Shown piece by piece: positions 22,136 through 34,048 of a stretch of DNA of 64,000 bases. The notes beneath the pieces are model-generated. The model saw nothing but the letters and a program-made list of their open reading frames with translations, did not search any database and was not told where the DNA came from. The translations under genes and the position numbers were made by a program. This DNA is from Microcoleus sp. GTDB taxonomy: Bacteria > Cyanobacteriota > Cyanobacteriia > Cyanobacteriales > Microcoleaceae. Where the stretch lies: positions 96,001 to 160,000 of the forward strand of contig JAYFMW010000003.1 of NCBI GenBank assembly GCA_042408215.1. The letters are read 5' to 3'. Every line of letters begins with the position of its first letter. Position 1 is the first letter of the stretch.

Positions 22136-25100
22136 ATGAAACTGCTCAACTGCCGCACTCGACCGCTCTTGCAGATAGGCATTTTGGCTCTCGCCTACTT
22201 TGTTACCGGAAAACTCGCAGGGTCAATACTGGGAATGGTTACAGCCGAAGCATCTCCCCTGTGGCCGCCCGCCGGCATTGCTCTGGCTGCGCTACTGCTG
22301 CAAGGGCGGCGGATGTGGCCGGGAATTGCCCTCGGTTCGCTGCTGTTAAACTCTACCGCCGGAGTCGGGATACCCTCAACCGTCATTGCTACATCGGCCT
22401 TGAGCGTGACGTTGCAAGCGCTGGCTGGCGAGGCTTTGTTGAGCCGGATCGGTTTTTCTACCAAACTCGATCGCCTGCGAGATGTTCTGGGATTAGTAGC
22501 CGGCGCTGTCATTGGGTCTACTTTCCTCGGTTCTACCATCAGCAACCTGAGCGCCAGCATTTTTGGTTGGGTTCAGTGGAGCAATTTTTTGAGAAATTTT
22601 TGGACGATGTGGCTCGGAGATGGTATGGGAATTTTGATGGTCACGCCAGTCCTGCTGACTTTGAGTCACTTACTTCCGAAGGCCTTCTGCAGAAAACTAA
22701 TTACGAATTACGAATTACGAATTACGAATTCCCGATTCCCAATTCCCGATTCCCAATTCCCAATTCCCGATTCCCAATTCCCGATTCCCGATTCCCAATT
22801 CCCGATTCCCAATTCCCGATTCCCAATTCCCAATTCCCAATTCCCAATTCCCGATTCCCAATTCCCAATTCCCAATTCCCGATTCCCAATTCCCAATTCC
22901 CGATTCCCATTTTTAATTGTTAATTATTCAGAACCGCTGATTTTGCTAACTCTGCTGCTGAGCGTTAGCTGGCTGGTATTTGGCTCGCAAACAGTGGTGG
23001 CGATCGCTCTGTATCCCCTGGAATATCTGCTCTTTCCTTTGATAGTTTGGGCCGCCCTGCGATGGAGCCAGCCTGGAGCAATTTTCGCTTATTCGATCGT
23101 GTCCTACATCGCGATTTTGGGAACCCTGGGGGGAAACGGCCCGTTTCTGCTCAACACTTCGGCTACCCTCAGTCACCGGCTCACGTTGATGTCGGTTTTA
23201 CCTTTACAAGCCTTTACCGGTACGATCGCCCTTGTGGCTCTGATCTTGGCTGCGACTGTAGCAGAACGACAGCAAGCCCTGGTGGAGGTGCGCCGCACGG
23301 CCGCTATGCTGCGCGATCGCGAAGCTAGTTTAGCCAATGCTCAGCGCATCGCGAACTTGGGGAATTGGGATTTAGATTGCGACACCCTAGAACCACCTGA
23401 CGACTGGGAGGAAAACAGGGAGAAACATCACACATCCAACATCGAATTGCGCTGGTCGGACGAGCTTTATCGGCTCTTAGGTTTTGTTCCGGGAACTGTC
23501 AAGCCGACGCCGGAAGTTTTTTTGCAAGCCGTACATCCAGAAGACCGAGAATTGGTGGCTCGATCGCACCGTCTTGCTATGTTTGAGCAAAAACCTTATT
23601 GCATTGACTACCGGATTGTGCTTCCCGACGGCAAAGAACGCACTGTGTGCGAACAGTCGGCAATTAACTCTAAGGTGATTGCCGCCACAGTGCAGGATGT
23701 TACCGATCGCCAGCGGGCGGCCAACTATGAGCAAGCAGCGACCGATCGCGAGCGCTTGCTCTCAGAAATGGCACTACGGATTCGGCACTCCCTTGACCTC
23801 CAAGAAATTCTCAACACTACTGTTGCCGAAGTCCGGCAATTTTTCAAGGCAGACCGCGCTTTCATCGGCATTAAGTCGGCGGAGTCGGCAATGCCGGACT
23901 CGCCAGTGTACGGTAAGATTGTGGCTGAGTCTGTGGGTACCGAGTGGCGTTCTATTTTGGGGTGTGTGCTGGCTGACGAAAGCCTTCTCGAACACTTTAG
24001 AACGTTTTATGCCACCAACCGCGCCCGATCGGTCTCGGATACTGCGGAAGTGGAAGTCAGGGCGTGCAGTTCCAAATACTATAGTGACTATCAAATTCGG
24101 GCAACATTAAATGTGCCGATCGTCTTGGGGGATGAGTTGTTCGGAACCTTGGCTGTCAATCAGTGTTCTGGGCCCCGCCAGTGGCAGGAATTTGAGATTG
24201 ATTTATTAGAAAAACTTGCTACCCAAGTGGCGATCGCCCTCCAGCAAGCCCAACTTTTGCAGCAAGTAAAAACTCTCAATGCCAACTTAGAATCTCAAGT
24301 CGAGGAACGCACCCGCCAACTGCAACAAAAAATGTACGAACTGCAAGAAAGCAATCGGCTGAAAGACCTATTTTTACACGCAGTTTCTCACAAGCTCCGC
24401 ACCCCTTTTATGGGAATGTTAATACTGCTAAAAAACTTGCTCAACAAGTCGCCCTCTGAGTCTCAACAAACTGTTCCGGTGGCTCGCTCGATTTTGGAGC
24501 GGATCGTTGAGGCTAGCGAACAACAGTTGGGAATGCTTAATGCCCTGCTTGACGCTCACGCCACCGAGGTCAAAGGTATTGTTCTGAATACTAAACCCCT
24601 CGATTTGCACTCTTTCACTTCCAGAATTGTTGCTGATTTAGCACCGATTTTCGAGAAGAATCAAGCAACTTTGATTCAGCAAATACCTGCGGATTTCCCA
24701 CAGGTAAATGCCGATCTTCAACAGTTGCAGCGGGTGTTAGAAAATCTGCTAACTAATGCTGTAAAGCATAATCCTCCGGGAGTAAATATAACTTTAAATG
24801 CCGCAGTGATTGAAGTAGAAAAAGTAATGATTAGTCCCGGAAAAACACAGGTTTTCCGGTCAAATAGTTCCGCATTTTCTAACTGTATCGCTCACCTCCA
24901 CTCTCCCTTTTGTGGTCAAAATAAGATGTGGGACACGATTCGGGAACCGCCCAGGGAGGAGCCGATCGAAACCAGCATCAAAAATCAGGAGATGCGTGCA
25001 AAATTTCCCCTCGATCGCAATTGCGAAGTCCCCCGCTACCAGGGTCAAATTGCCAATACTGGCCACCAATTGCCGAGCGGGCGATCGCAGGCGAAAATGG

Positions 25101-25339
25101 TTCGCTGTACCATAACAGATAATGGAGTCGGAATCAGCAAAAAACAGCGCGAATCTCTGTTCGAGCTCTACGTTGAAGACCCCAACAGCCGACAATTAAC
25201 CGGGCTGGGCTTGGGATTGTACCTCTCCAAGCAAATTATCAAAGCTCACGGCGGCGAAATCGGCGTCGAAACCACTCCCGGAGGTGGCTCGACTTTCTGG
25301 TTTTCGTTACCTGTTTTGGAAATAGTCAGTAGTCAATAG
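22136..25339 (+). CDS. MASE1-PAS-GAF sensor histidine kinase
   Basis: MASE1 ([16 protein letters not shown]), PAS (WSDELYRL...VHPEDR), GAF, H-box SHKLRTP, N box NLLTNAVKH and G boxes DNGVGI/GLGLGL. Confidence 0.93.
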   Translation: MKLLNCRTRPLLQIGILALAYFVTGKLAGSILGMVTAEASPLWPPAGIALAALLLQGRRMWPGIALGSLLLNSTAGVGIPSTVIATSALSVTLQALAGEALLSRIGFSTKLDRLRDVLGLVAGAVIGSTFLGSTISNLSASIFGWVQWSNFLRNFWTMWLGDGMGILMVTPVLLTLSHLLPKAFCRKLITNYELRITNSRFPIPDSQFPIPDSQFPIPDSQFPIPNSRFPIPNSQFPIPDSQFPIPNSRFPIPNSRFPFLIVNYSEPLILLTLLLSVSWLVFGSQTVVAIALYPLEYLLFPLIVWAALRWSQPGAIFAYSIVSYIAILGTLGGNGPFLLNTSATLSHRLTLMSVLPLQAFTGTIALVALILAATVAERQQALVEVRRTAAMLRDREASLANAQRIANLGNWDLDCDTLEPPDDWEENREKHHTSNIELRWSDELYRLLGFVPGTVKPTPEVFLQAVHPEDRELVARSHRLAMFEQKPYCIDYRIVLPDGKERTVCEQSAINSKVIAATVQDVTDRQRAANYEQAATDRERLLSEMALRIRHSLDLQEILNTTVAEVRQFFKADRAFIGIKSAESAMPDSPVYGKIVAESVGTEWRSILGCVLADESLLEHFRTFYATNRARSVSDTAEVEVRACSSKYYSDYQIRATLNVPIVLGDELFGTLAVNQCSGPRQWQEFEIDLLEKLATQVAIALQQAQLLQQVKTLNANLESQVEERTRQLQQKMYELQESNRLKDLFLHAVSHKLRTPFMGMLILLKNLLNKSPSESQQTVPVARSILERIVEASEQQLGMLNALLDAHATEVKGIVLNTKPLDLHSFTSRIVADLAPIFEKNQATLIQQIPADFPQVNADLQQLQRVLENLLTNAVKHNPPGVNITLNAAVIEVEKVMISPGKTQVFRSNSSAFSNCIAHLHSPFCGQNKMWDTIREPPREEPIETSIKNQEMRAKFPLDRNCEVPRYQGQIANTGHQLPSGRSQAKMVRCTITDNGVGISKKQRESLFELYVEDPNSRQLTGLGLGLYLSKQIIKAHGGEIGVETTPGGGSTFWFSLPVLEIVSSQ
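22700..22909. repeat. In-frame array of 30 heptamers inside the kinase gene
   Basis: 4 x ATTACGA plus 26 x ATTCCC(A/G) = 210 bp. Confidence 0.88.
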
Positions 25340-25477
25340 TCAGTAGTCAATAGTTAGTAGTTAATAGTCAGTAGTTAATAGTCAGTAGTCAATAGTCAGT
25401 AGTCAATAGTCAGTAGTCAATAGTCAGTAGTCAATAGTCAGTAGTCAATAGTCAGTAGTCAATAGTCAGTAGTCAGT
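25322..25477. repeat. STRR array (TAGTCAG/TAGTCAA)n
   Basis: Tandem 7/14-mers between the two kinase genes. Confidence 0.9.
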
Positions 25478-25479
25478 TT

Positions 25480-27297
25480 ATGACCGATCTTGGCAATGCT
25501 AAATCAGTTCAAGGATTAACCGTTTATGAGGTGTGGCGCAATCGCTTCCTCCGAGATCGGCTGGGCCATGCTGTGCGGATTGCCATCTTTTTTGCCTTCA
25601 CCATTATTGTCTATTTTTGCGGCGAAGCAATCTTCGCTCCCCAGGAATTTCAAATAATCTATTTATACACTAGCGCTGCTGTAGAGTTAGGGTTGTTGAC
25701 CTGTTTAGCTTTGCAAAAAACCCCGATCGCAGAACGTTACCCTGGTTTGCTATTTTTGGGTTTTTCCTGGTCGCTGACGGTAGTCGTACAGCTTGGTTTG
25801 GCCGCCGCCAGGATTGAAGTTCTGCCAATTTTAACCTGGAGTTTAACATTTCTGACTCAAGCTACCCTCATACCTGTTCGCTGGCCTTTGCACCTAATTT
25901 CTCAACTGGGCGTTTTGCTGTGCCATGTCGGGATCAATTTGGTCTTGAACCTGAGTTTTACTAAATATACTGCTTTTAGGCTGAGCGGATTTTACTTGTA
26001 TTTATTTTGGTTTTGTTTGATTTGCGACTTATCAGTTTACTGGTACGATCGGCTACAACGAACTGAGTTTAGCACCCGCCGCGAGTTGGAATCTGCTTAT
26101 CAACAATTGGAGGTGGCGGAAGCCAAGTACCGCAGCATTTTTGAGAATGCTGGTGAGGGGATTTTTCAAAGCACTCCCGATGGCCGCTATATTACTGCAA
26201 ATCCAGCTTTGGCGCGGATTTACGGCTGCAATTCGCCGTCAGAAGTGACGGCAAAATTCACTGATATCGAGCGTCAGTTGTACGTCGATCCAAATCGGAG
26301 GGCGGAGTTTTTGCGAGCGATCGCAGAAAGTGGCAGAGTATCGGATTTTGAATCTCAAATCTATCGCTCTGACGGCAGTATAGTCTGGATTTCCGAGAAA
26401 GCACGAGCGGTACGGAATGTCAACGGTACTGTACTTTATTATGAAGGTTTAATTGAGGACATTACGCAGCGGAAACAGGCACAAGAATCACTACGGCTAT
26501 TTATTCACGCTCTTTCTCACGACTTGCGAAACCCGGTTTCGGGAATGTTAATGGTGCTAAAAAATTGGCAGACAAAAACCGGGGAATCCATCGTGATTCC
26601 TCGTTCTGTTTTGGCGCGGATGATTCAAGGTAGCGAGCAGCAATTGCGGTTAATCGATTCGCTGTTGGAAGTTCACGCTAGCGAATTGCGCGGTTTGGTT
26701 CTGCACTGCGATCGGGTAGATTTGAAGGCGGTAATTGAAGCTGCCGCCGCAGATTTAGAGCCTTTAATGAATGACTATCAAGCGAAATTTAAAAATTTAG
26801 TACCGGATAATTTGCCGGCAGTTAATGCTGATGCTACTCAGTTATCCCGCGTATTTTCTAATTTAATGGCTAATGCTTTAAAACACAATTTGCCGGGACT
26901 GAATTTGACAGTTTCAGCACAAGTAATAGATGCCGATCAATTAAGTATAAACCGAGGCGATCGCAAAGAGTATCTTGCTCAATTCCCAATTCCCAATTCC
27001 CAATTCCCAATTCCCAATTCCCAATGCCCAATTCCCAACTCCTCAATAAGTATGATTTTTTGTACTGTTGAAGATGACGGGGCGGGAATATCGCCGTTCG
27101 AGTGCGAACATCTTTTTGACCTTTATGTGAGGGGCTATCAATCCCGACACTCCGTCGGTTTAGGTTTGGGGCTGTATCTTTGCCGACAAATTATTGAGGC
27201 TCACGGCGGGGAAATTGGAGTGATTAGCACCAACGGTGCTGGGGCAACTTTTTGGTTAACCTTACCTATTGCCGATCGAACTCAGCTTGAGTTATAA
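25480..27297 (+). CDS. Membrane PAS-domain sensor histidine kinase
   Basis: Multiple TM segments, PAS ([15 protein letters not shown]...ANPALA), H-box [22 protein letters not shown] and GLGLGL. Confidence 0.93.
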   Translation: MTDLGNAKSVQGLTVYEVWRNRFLRDRLGHAVRIAIFFAFTIIVYFCGEAIFAPQEFQIIYLYTSAAVELGLLTCLALQKTPIAERYPGLLFLGFSWSLTVVVQLGLAAARIEVLPILTWSLTFLTQATLIPVRWPLHLISQLGVLLCHVGINLVLNLSFTKYTAFRLSGFYLYLFWFCLICDLSVYWYDRLQRTEFSTRRELESAYQQLEVAEAKYRSIFENAGEGIFQSTPDGRYITANPALARIYGCNSPSEVTAKFTDIERQLYVDPNRRAEFLRAIAESGRVSDFESQIYRSDGSIVWISEKARAVRNVNGTVLYYEGLIEDITQRKQAQESLRLFIHALSHDLRNPVSGMLMVLKNWQTKTGESIVIPRSVLARMIQGSEQQLRLIDSLLEVHASELRGLVLHCDRVDLKAVIEAAAADLEPLMNDYQAKFKNLVPDNLPAVNADATQLSRVFSNLMANALKHNLPGLNLTVSAQVIDADQLSINRGDRKEYLAQFPIPNSQFPIPNSQCPIPNSSISMIFCTVEDDGAGISPFECEHLFDLYVRGYQSRHSVGLGLGLYLCRQIIEAHGGEIGVISTNGAGATFWLTLPIADRTQLEL

Positions 27298-27332
27298 CCG
27301 ATTCGGAGTTGCATCAGCCACCAGGAGACCCC

Positions 27333-28010
27333 ATGAAATATTTTTCAGTAGTAATGTATTTGCTCCGAGAACGGAAACAGTTTCTCGAAGAGATCCGCGA
27401 AGGTGTAAAGCTTAAATCTAAAATTTTTGGTCTGTTGATTTCTAGTACGGTATTTTTTGCGATTTACGGCGCGATTTTAGGTGCATCTAGTACGTGGATG
27501 CAATGTCTAGTTTCAGCAATTAAGTTACCAGCACTTTACTTGCTGACGCTGATTATCTGTTTTCCTACACTGTACTTTTTCAATGTCATGTTTGGTTCAA
27601 AACGCACTTTTGAACAGTATTTGGCATTGTTGATGACAGCGATGGCGATGATTAGCATCTTGCTGTTTGGTTTTGCACCCGTCAGCTTATTCTTTTTGAT
27701 CGGCAGCAGCAATTATACCTTTTTTCTGCTCTTGAATATTGCGATTATGGCAATTACGGGATTTTTGGGAATTAGTTTCTTTTATCAAGGAATGCAGTCT
27801 CTTTCTGAAGAAGATGGGGAAGGCAAGGAGATTCGGCTAAATATTTTGCGGTTCTGGTTGGGACTTTATGCGTTTGTAGGCACTCAATTGGGATGGACTC
27901 TGAGGCCATTTTTCGGATCTCCCGGAAAGGCTTTTGAACTATTCCGAAACCGAGAAAGCAATTTTTATCTAAGTGTTTGGGATTCAATTCGGCAGATTGG
28001 AGGGTTTTAA
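27333..28010 (+). CDS. Conserved multi-pass membrane protein
   Basis: About 5 hydrophobic segments and VGTQLGWTLRPF motif; AGGAG RBS before ATG 27333. Confidence 0.8.
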   Translation: MKYFSVVMYLLRERKQFLEEIREGVKLKSKIFGLLISSTVFFAIYGAILGASSTWMQCLVSAIKLPALYLLTLIICFPTLYFFNVMFGSKRTFEQYLALLMTAMAMISILLFGFAPVSLFFLIGSSNYTFFLLLNIAIMAITGFLGISFFYQGMQSLSEEDGEGKEIRLNILRFWLGLYAFVGTQLGWTLRPFFGSPGKAFELFRNRESNFYLSVWDSIRQIGGF

Positions 28011-28042
28011 TTATTGTTAAATTAAGGAGATTTGAAAGAGCT

Positions 28043-28750
28043 ATGAAACAGGACTTAGAGCAATTAAAAATTCCTGAAAAAGAGTTAGAAGAGTTGAGCT
28101 CAATAGCTTTGAGCGACGGTTTTGCAGGGGATTTTTATCGATCGGCTGCACTCCGCGATCGCCAAAAGCTGTTCTCTCTTTTGTTGAATGAGTTGCTGAT
28201 ATTTTGCGTAACGTTGGTTGTGTCACTCCCTGTGGCTTTGCTGGTCACTAAAAATCAAGTTAATTCAGTCAGCGATGCTGCACTTTTTGTGCGGGTTTTG
28301 CAAATAACTTTGGCTTTGTCCCTGGCGATTGCTGTAGGTTGGAATGTTTATAAATGGGTGAAAGCAAAGCCTCTGGAAACTCTGGCGAGTCTGCTGGATG
28401 AAGTTGAGAAGTATCATGAGGTAATTAAGGCTCTAGATATTATCGATCGACTAACGGCGGCTGGCAATTTACCAGCAAATTTGATGAATCGAGAGGATGC
28501 AGTTGAGGCATTACAGATTACTAGAGAAAGTTTGGTTTGTGCTTTGCGGACAGAAAGAATTCTGAGGGAAAATAAGGATTTTATCGATCGCCGTTACGAG
28601 TTATTTGCTAATATTGAAAGTAATCTGGCCGCTTTGATGGCGCTGGATGTGAGCGATCGGGCCAGCGAATACGGGCGGTTGCTGAATGAAGCGTTGGAAA
28701 TTGGGATGAGCGTGCACAAAGAAGTAAGAAAATTGCAGAATGACAAGTAA
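28043..28750 (+). CDS. Hypothetical membrane protein (two TM segments plus helical C-terminus)
   Basis: Long ORF, AAGGAG upstream, co-oriented with the preceding gene. Confidence 0.78.
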   Translation: MKQDLEQLKIPEKELEELSSIALSDGFAGDFYRSAALRDRQKLFSLLLNELLIFCVTLVVSLPVALLVTKNQVNSVSDAALFVRVLQITLALSLAIAVGWNVYKWVKAKPLETLASLLDEVEKYHEVIKALDIIDRLTAAGNLPANLMNREDAVEALQITRESLVCALRTERILRENKDFIDRRYELFANIESNLAALMALDVSDRASEYGRLLNEALEIGMSVHKEVRKLQNDK

Positions 28751-28776
28751 ATAGGACTTACCTACAGGTAAGGTAT

Positions 28777-29499
28777 TTATGTCATTTCTATGATTTTGGT
28801 AAGGGTTGTAAAGAGGCGATCGCAACTAGCAGAAGCTCTGCGTACCTTGTCAACATCTAAAAGTTCTAACAGTTTAGGAGCGTGTCGTGTTTTGTGATAT
28901 TTACCTTTAGATGTTTTATTAGTGGCTGATGTCAGCCACTTAGTCAGGTTGTATTTGGAAACTTTCTCCAAACTTTGATAATTTTCCAGCCTTTTGTAAA
29001 GATAATCTGCTTTCAATTCCCCATTATAAAACTGCTTTAAAGCATCAATATCAGCAATAAACCAAGCCTCCATAGTTTGCACCATTAAGTGGCAACAAGC
29101 ATCATCAATCCCCAGCGAATCCAAAATCCAAGGTTGATCTTCTTTTCTGCTTCTTAAATGCTCCCAAGGTGTGTGACTTTCAGAAACAGGAGATTCTGAA
29201 TCAACCAGCAAAACATTAAAAGCATCTGGATAAGATTCCAAACTGATTAGGAAATCTTCGCAAGCATTGCGACGAGAACCAGACGGGATTGACAGAATTT
29301 TAATGCCTTTGCTATCTGCGAGTTCATAGAGTTCTTTGAAGACATGAATAAAACCAGCTCTGAGCCCCGCTGTTGCTTCTTTTCCCGGCTGAATTTTACT
29401 CCTAAATCCTGGACGTTTTTGAGGTATATTTTCTATTTTACTTTCCTCTTCACTTTCGTCTCCAATACCTTCAATATAAATACGAATCTCCCTTACCAT
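28777..29499 (-). CDS. DUF4276 family (TOPRIM-like) protein
   Basis: IRIYIEG strand, LLVDSE, MVQTMEAWFIAD and YHKTRHAPKLL motifs; start overlaps the ATPase stop (ATGGTAA). Confidence 0.8.
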   Translation of the reverse strand: MVREIRIYIEGIGDESEEESKIENIPQKRPGFRSKIQPGKEATAGLRAGFIHVFKELYELADSKGIKILSIPSGSRRNACEDFLISLESYPDAFNVLLVDSESPVSESHTPWEHLRSRKEDQPWILDSLGIDDACCHLMVQTMEAWFIADIDALKQFYNGELKADYLYKRLENYQSLEKVSKYNLTKWLTSATNKTSKGKYHKTRHAPKLLELLDVDKVRRASASCDRLFTTLTKIIEMT

Positions 29500-30713
29500 C
29501 GGTTTCCTCCGATGTGTCCCATCCGCCACAAATCTCCTAAAGTGTACTTTTCCAGCCACTTTTTCAGTTGCTGAGGCTCTAGACGGTGCAGGTGACTGCC
29601 TGTATTATTCTGTTCGCAAACTAAGACGGATTCGGGAACTTCACTCAAACCAGAAACTAAAGCATCAGAATGAGTAGTAACAATTATTTGAGTTCTTTTA
29701 GATGCCGCAATTAGCAATTCAGCAACAGTAGATAAGATATCTGGATGCAACCCTAATTCTGGTTCTTCAATACAAATCAGGGGCGGTGGATTTGGGTGGC
29801 ACAGCAAAGTCAGCAAGCACAAATAACGAAGCGTACCATCAGATAAACGGGTAGCAGGAATTGGTCTATTGAATTTTTTATCCCTGAGAAATGTTTGTAT
29901 TGTACTGCCTTCGATTTTAGTTGTGATGTCACCTACTGCCTCGTAGAACTTTTGCAATTGCTCGATCAGCAAAGGTTTAATACCTTGGTAGTCTAAATCG
30001 TTCAAAACATGAGCAAGGTTACTTGCATCTTCTTCAAGAAAGTCATTTGGTAAATCAGATGGTTGGGGCTTTCTTGGTGGCGTGTACCTGCCTAAATTCC
30101 ATTCCCGATAAATACGGATATTGGAAAACTGATTGTTTAAGTAGGCTAACTCAGGGTAAAAGTCTTTGTCTTGTTTTTGGGACAAAACCGATTGAGAAGG
30201 ATTTATCTCGTCACGGCGCAGATGGCGTTCGCCCCTATTAGTACCCGTTCCCTCTGCTGAGACATTTCTAATATTTAAGACTGGATTTCCATTTTGATAG
30301 CGGTAGAAAAAATATACATCTTCATAACTTGGGTCAAATTTTAATTCATTTTCTACTGCTTCATCTACAATTTCTAGTTTTTGACCTACCATCGTGAAAG
30401 AAATTTGATAGCGCAAGGGGATAGTTTCTTTAGGATAATCTACGGTTGCCTCGATTGTAGCTGTTGGAATATTGTTGGAATTTTTTTCACCTTTCCAAAG
30501 CCACTCGCTAATACCGCCACCTTGCCGAAATGGAGTATTTATATCATTGGGTGTTGACTGTAAAATCCCCACAGCATCGATTAGGTTCGACTTCCCAGAT
30601 GCGTTGGGGCCAATTAACACATTCAGTGGTTGAAGTTCTATTTCTTCTCCTTCACTTCCGTAGGATAGAAAGTTTTTTAAGCGGAGAGTTCTGATAAATC
30701 TTTTGCCTTGCAT
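29493..30713 (-). CDS. ABC/SMC-type ATPase (AAA_21/AAA_15-like)
   Basis: KNFLSY, Walker [10 protein letters not shown], signature LSDGT, Walker B/D-loop ICIEEPELGLHP and H-loop TTHS. Confidence 0.92.
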   Translation of the reverse strand: MQGKRFIRTLRLKNFLSYGSEGEEIELQPLNVLIGPNASGKSNLIDAVGILQSTPNDINTPFRQGGGISEWLWKGEKNSNNIPTATIEATVDYPKETIPLRYQISFTMVGQKLEIVDEAVENELKFDPSYEDVYFFYRYQNGNPVLNIRNVSAEGTGTNRGERHLRRDEINPSQSVLSQKQDKDFYPELAYLNNQFSNIRIYREWNLGRYTPPRKPQPSDLPNDFLEEDASNLAHVLNDLDYQGIKPLLIEQLQKFYEAVGDITTKIEGSTIQTFLRDKKFNRPIPATRLSDGTLRYLCLLTLLCHPNPPPLICIEEPELGLHPDILSTVAELLIAASKRTQIIVTTHSDALVSGLSEVPESVLVCEQNNTGSHLHRLEPQQLKKWLEKYTLGDLWRMGHIGGNRW

Positions 30714-30855
30714 CTCATCCTCCTATTTAAAGCTGTTGACATCTTCAAGGATAGTATCACAATTGAGTCGTTTTAATGTGGGTAAGGTGCGCCCATAAGC
30801 ACCCTACAGATAGTGTTTGTGCGTCCAGGACTGTCTTGTTTACCCACCTTAAATT

Positions 30856-33483
30856 TTAATCCTCAAAAATATCCAATTGTTGGCCTTCCGACTCCGATTT
30901 TCCCTCTTTTTTAATTCCTTTCCGCAGCCCGATCGCAATTTTACTATGTTTCTCAATCTGCTTCATCACCTGTCTCGCCCTTTCAATCACCGAGGGCGGC
31001 AAACCCGCCAATCTCCCCGCTTCAATTCCGTAAGACTTATCAGCACCTCCAGGTTGAACTTGGTGTAGAAATACAATTTGATCCGGCAATTCTTTCACTG
31101 TCACCTGATAATTTGCCACATTATTCAAGATTGAAGCTAACTCATTCAATTCGTGATAATGTGTAGCAAAAATTGTCCGCGCCCGAATCTCGTTGGCTAA
31201 GTATTCTGCTACAGACCAAGCAATCGAAAGTCCGTCAAACGTCGCCGTTCCCCTGCCAATTTCATCTAACAAAACCAAGGATTTTGGCGTCGCGTGATTG
31301 AGAATATTTGCCGTTTCATTCATTTCTACCATAAAAGTAGACTGACCAGTTGCCAAATCGTCTACTGCACCGACGCGCGTAAAAATGCGATCGCAAATTC
31401 CCAAAGTAGCAGCTTTCGCCGGCACAAAACTCCCCATCTGCGCCATCAACTGAATCAAACCAACCTGCCGCAAATAACAACTTTTGCCGCTAGCATTCGG
31501 CCCAGTTAAAATAATTAAATCCGGTCGATTTAGCGATGCTTCCCGACCCAAAAAAGCCGAATTCGGCACAAAAAATCCCGGAGGTAAAGACTTTTCCACC
31601 ACCGGATGACACCCTTCAATAATTTTAATTTCCCGACTTTCAACCATATTCGGACGACAGTAATTCTGATAAACAGCTACTTCGGCCAAACCGCACAAAA
31701 CGTCCGCCGCCGCCACGGCGCGGGAAACATTGCGAATAATTTCGGCCTGTTCTCCTACCTCCGCACGTACTTGAGAAAAAATATCATATTCCAGTTGATT
31801 TAAATCTTCTCGCGCTGTCAGAATTCGCACTTCCCTTTCTTTTAATTCTTCTGTGCTGTAGCGTTCTTCATTGGTGAGAGTTTGCTTGCGGGTGTAGTCA
31901 TTTGGTACTTGGTCTACTTTCGATTTGGTAATGCTGATATAATAGCCGAAAGCTTTATTATAACCTACTTTTAAATTAGAAATTCCGGTGCGTTTTCTTT
32001 CATTGGCCTCTAAATGAGCAATCCACTCCTGGTCTGCTGATGCAGTTTGCCGCATTTCATCTAGTAGGGAATTAACGCCAGAACGAATTAACCCTCCTTC
32101 TTTTAAATGAATCGGCGGTTCGTCAACTAAATGAGCGTGAATTTTATTTGCCAATTCTTCTAAAATTGGCGGTACGTTTTGCAGTGCTTTCAGATAGGGC
32201 GATCGACCTTGGGCTGCGATCGCAGCTAATTCCGGCAATTTTGCCAAAGAATCAGCTAAAGCGACCAAATCTCGCGCGCTAGCTGTGCCAGAACCAGCGC
32301 GGCCTGTCAGTCTTTCGATGTCGTAAATTTGGCGTAATAACTGCTGCAAATCTTGGCGCAGGGGGTTGTTTTCTACTAATTCTTGAATCGTGTCGTGTCT
32401 GGCGCAAATGCCTTTAATATTGAGCAAAGGTTGCTGCACCCAGCGGCGCAAAGCGCGGCCTCCCATTGCAGTGTTAGTTTTGTCGATCGCCCACAGCAAA
32501 GAACCATGAAAAACCCCATCTCTAACAGTTTGAGTAATTTCGAGATTGCGACGGGTTTGGTAGTCTAGCGTGAGAAAATCGGTGAGAGTATAAGTGTGCA
32601 ATCGTTGCAAAGGTACTGCATTTCCTTTTTGGGTTTCTTCGAGATATTGCAGCAAACCGCCGGCGGCGCGAACGCTGAGGGGAAGGTGTCCGCATCCCAT
32701 ACCTTCGAGCGATCGCATTTTGAATTTTTGCAGGATTCTCTGTTTTGCTTCTGCCAAAGTAAACGGGATTTGCGATCGCAAAGAATAGCAAAACGAACTC
32801 GGCAAACAATCGGGCAAATGCTCGGATTTCTCTCCGGGCCTCAACATACTCACCAAATCCGGCGCATTAGTTGGTACCAGCACTTCCGAAGGCTGCAAGC
32901 GCAGCAATTCTAGGGTTAATTGCTCTAAACTATCTGCTTGGGTAGTGACAAATTCTCCAGTAGAAATATCTGTATAAGCCAATCCCCAATGGGTTCCAGC
33001 TATCACAATTGCTGCTAAAAAATTATTGTGACGGGGTTTCAGCATTCCGTCATCAGTCAAAGTTCCAGGAGTCAGAATGCGGGTAATTTCCCGCTTGACT
33101 TGACGGCCTTCTCTAGCCGCGATTCCGGCATCTTCTACTTGGTCGCAAACTACCACAGCATAGCCTTTTTCTACTAACATTGAAGTGTAGCGATCTAGGG
33201 CGTGGTGCGGCACTCCCGTCATCGGCACTCGTCCTATTTCCTTGCCACTTTCCTTGCTAGTACAAACAAGTTCTAATTCCCGCGAAATGGTGACTGCATC
33301 TTGGAAAAAGCACTCAAAAAAATCGCCGACTCGAAATAATAAAAGGGCATGAGGATATTGTTCTTTTACTTCCACATACCGCTGCATCATTGGTGTCAGC
33401 TTGGTGAATTCTAGTAGGCGATGGTCGGCATTGCGAATGTTGGCTTGATTAGGGTCTGTTGGGGTAGATGCAGTGTAAGGCAT
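30856..33483 (-). CDS. mutS: DNA mismatch repair protein MutS
   Basis: [40 protein letters not shown] and [11 protein letters not shown] motifs; start uncertain. Confidence 0.97.
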   Translation of the reverse strand: MPYTASTPTDPNQANIRNADHRLLEFTKLTPMMQRYVEVKEQYPHALLLFRVGDFFECFFQDAVTISRELELVCTSKESGKEIGRVPMTGVPHHALDRYTSMLVEKGYAVVVCDQVEDAGIAAREGRQVKREITRILTPGTLTDDGMLKPRHNNFLAAIVIAGTHWGLAYTDISTGEFVTTQADSLEQLTLELLRLQPSEVLVPTNAPDLVSMLRPGEKSEHLPDCLPSSFCYSLRSQIPFTLAEAKQRILQKFKMRSLEGMGCGHLPLSVRAAGGLLQYLEETQKGNAVPLQRLHTYTLTDFLTLDYQTRRNLEITQTVRDGVFHGSLLWAIDKTNTAMGGRALRRWVQQPLLNIKGICARHDTIQELVENNPLRQDLQQLLRQIYDIERLTGRAGSGTASARDLVALADSLAKLPELAAIAAQGRSPYLKALQNVPPILEELANKIHAHLVDEPPIHLKEGGLIRSGVNSLLDEMRQTASADQEWIAHLEANERKRTGISNLKVGYNKAFGYYISITKSKVDQVPNDYTRKQTLTNEERYSTEELKEREVRILTAREDLNQLEYDIFSQVRAEVGEQAEIIRNVSRAVAAADVLCGLAEVAVYQNYCRPNMVESREIKIIEGCHPVVEKSLPPGFFVPNSAFLGREASLNRPDLIILTGPNASGKSCYLRQVGLIQLMAQMGSFVPAKAATLGICDRIFTRVGAVDDLATGQSTFMVEMNETANILNHATPKSLVLLDEIGRGTATFDGLSIAWSVAEYLANEIRARTIFATHYHELNELASILNNVANYQVTVKELPDQIVFLHQVQPGGADKSYGIEAGRLAGLPPSVIERARQVMKQIEKHSKIAIGLRKGIKKEGKSESEGQQLDIFED

Positions 33484-34048
33484 AAAAGGCGATCGATAAA
33501 CTTTAATCTTTAATAATTTTACCGCACGCTCGGTATTTAGGTATAACTTGCGAGCCAAAACCCGCCCAGCCTCGGATATCGATCGACCCTCCCTGACTTG
33601 AGCAGTTTTAGGCTGCAACTTACTCAGTGTGAGTTAATGAGCTGGCCCCTAGTGAGAAAATGTGCGGTGTTTTTATTAATTGTGAGATCAAGCTGCGGGT
33701 TGAGTCAACTGGCGATCGGGAAAAACCACCCTAGATTGGTGATTTTTTATTTATTAGAAAAGAAAGTAATTGCTAAGACGATAGGAACTTGGAAATTGAT
33801 TCAAGGGAAACCCTAACCTACAATTAATACCAAATCCCGTTAATTTCCCTTTGAGATTTGAGATTTTAGAGGCGACTCAATATATAAAGATAGGGCTTGA
33901 AGATTTGAGGTTTTAGCAGAGGTTCCAGAGTTGAAACTAGGGACCGATCCCAAAAAAAATATAAAATCTGCCATCAAAAATCTCAAATTGTTCGTCCACC
34001 TCATCGCTTTAACCATTATAATTGATTTATCACAAAGGAGCGTCTAAT

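Noticed and set aside
22261..22923. Alternative-frame ORFs over the kinase repeat (22261-22923, 22708-22896, 22722-22910)
   Set aside because: They are stop-free frames produced by heptamer repeats inside a real gene.
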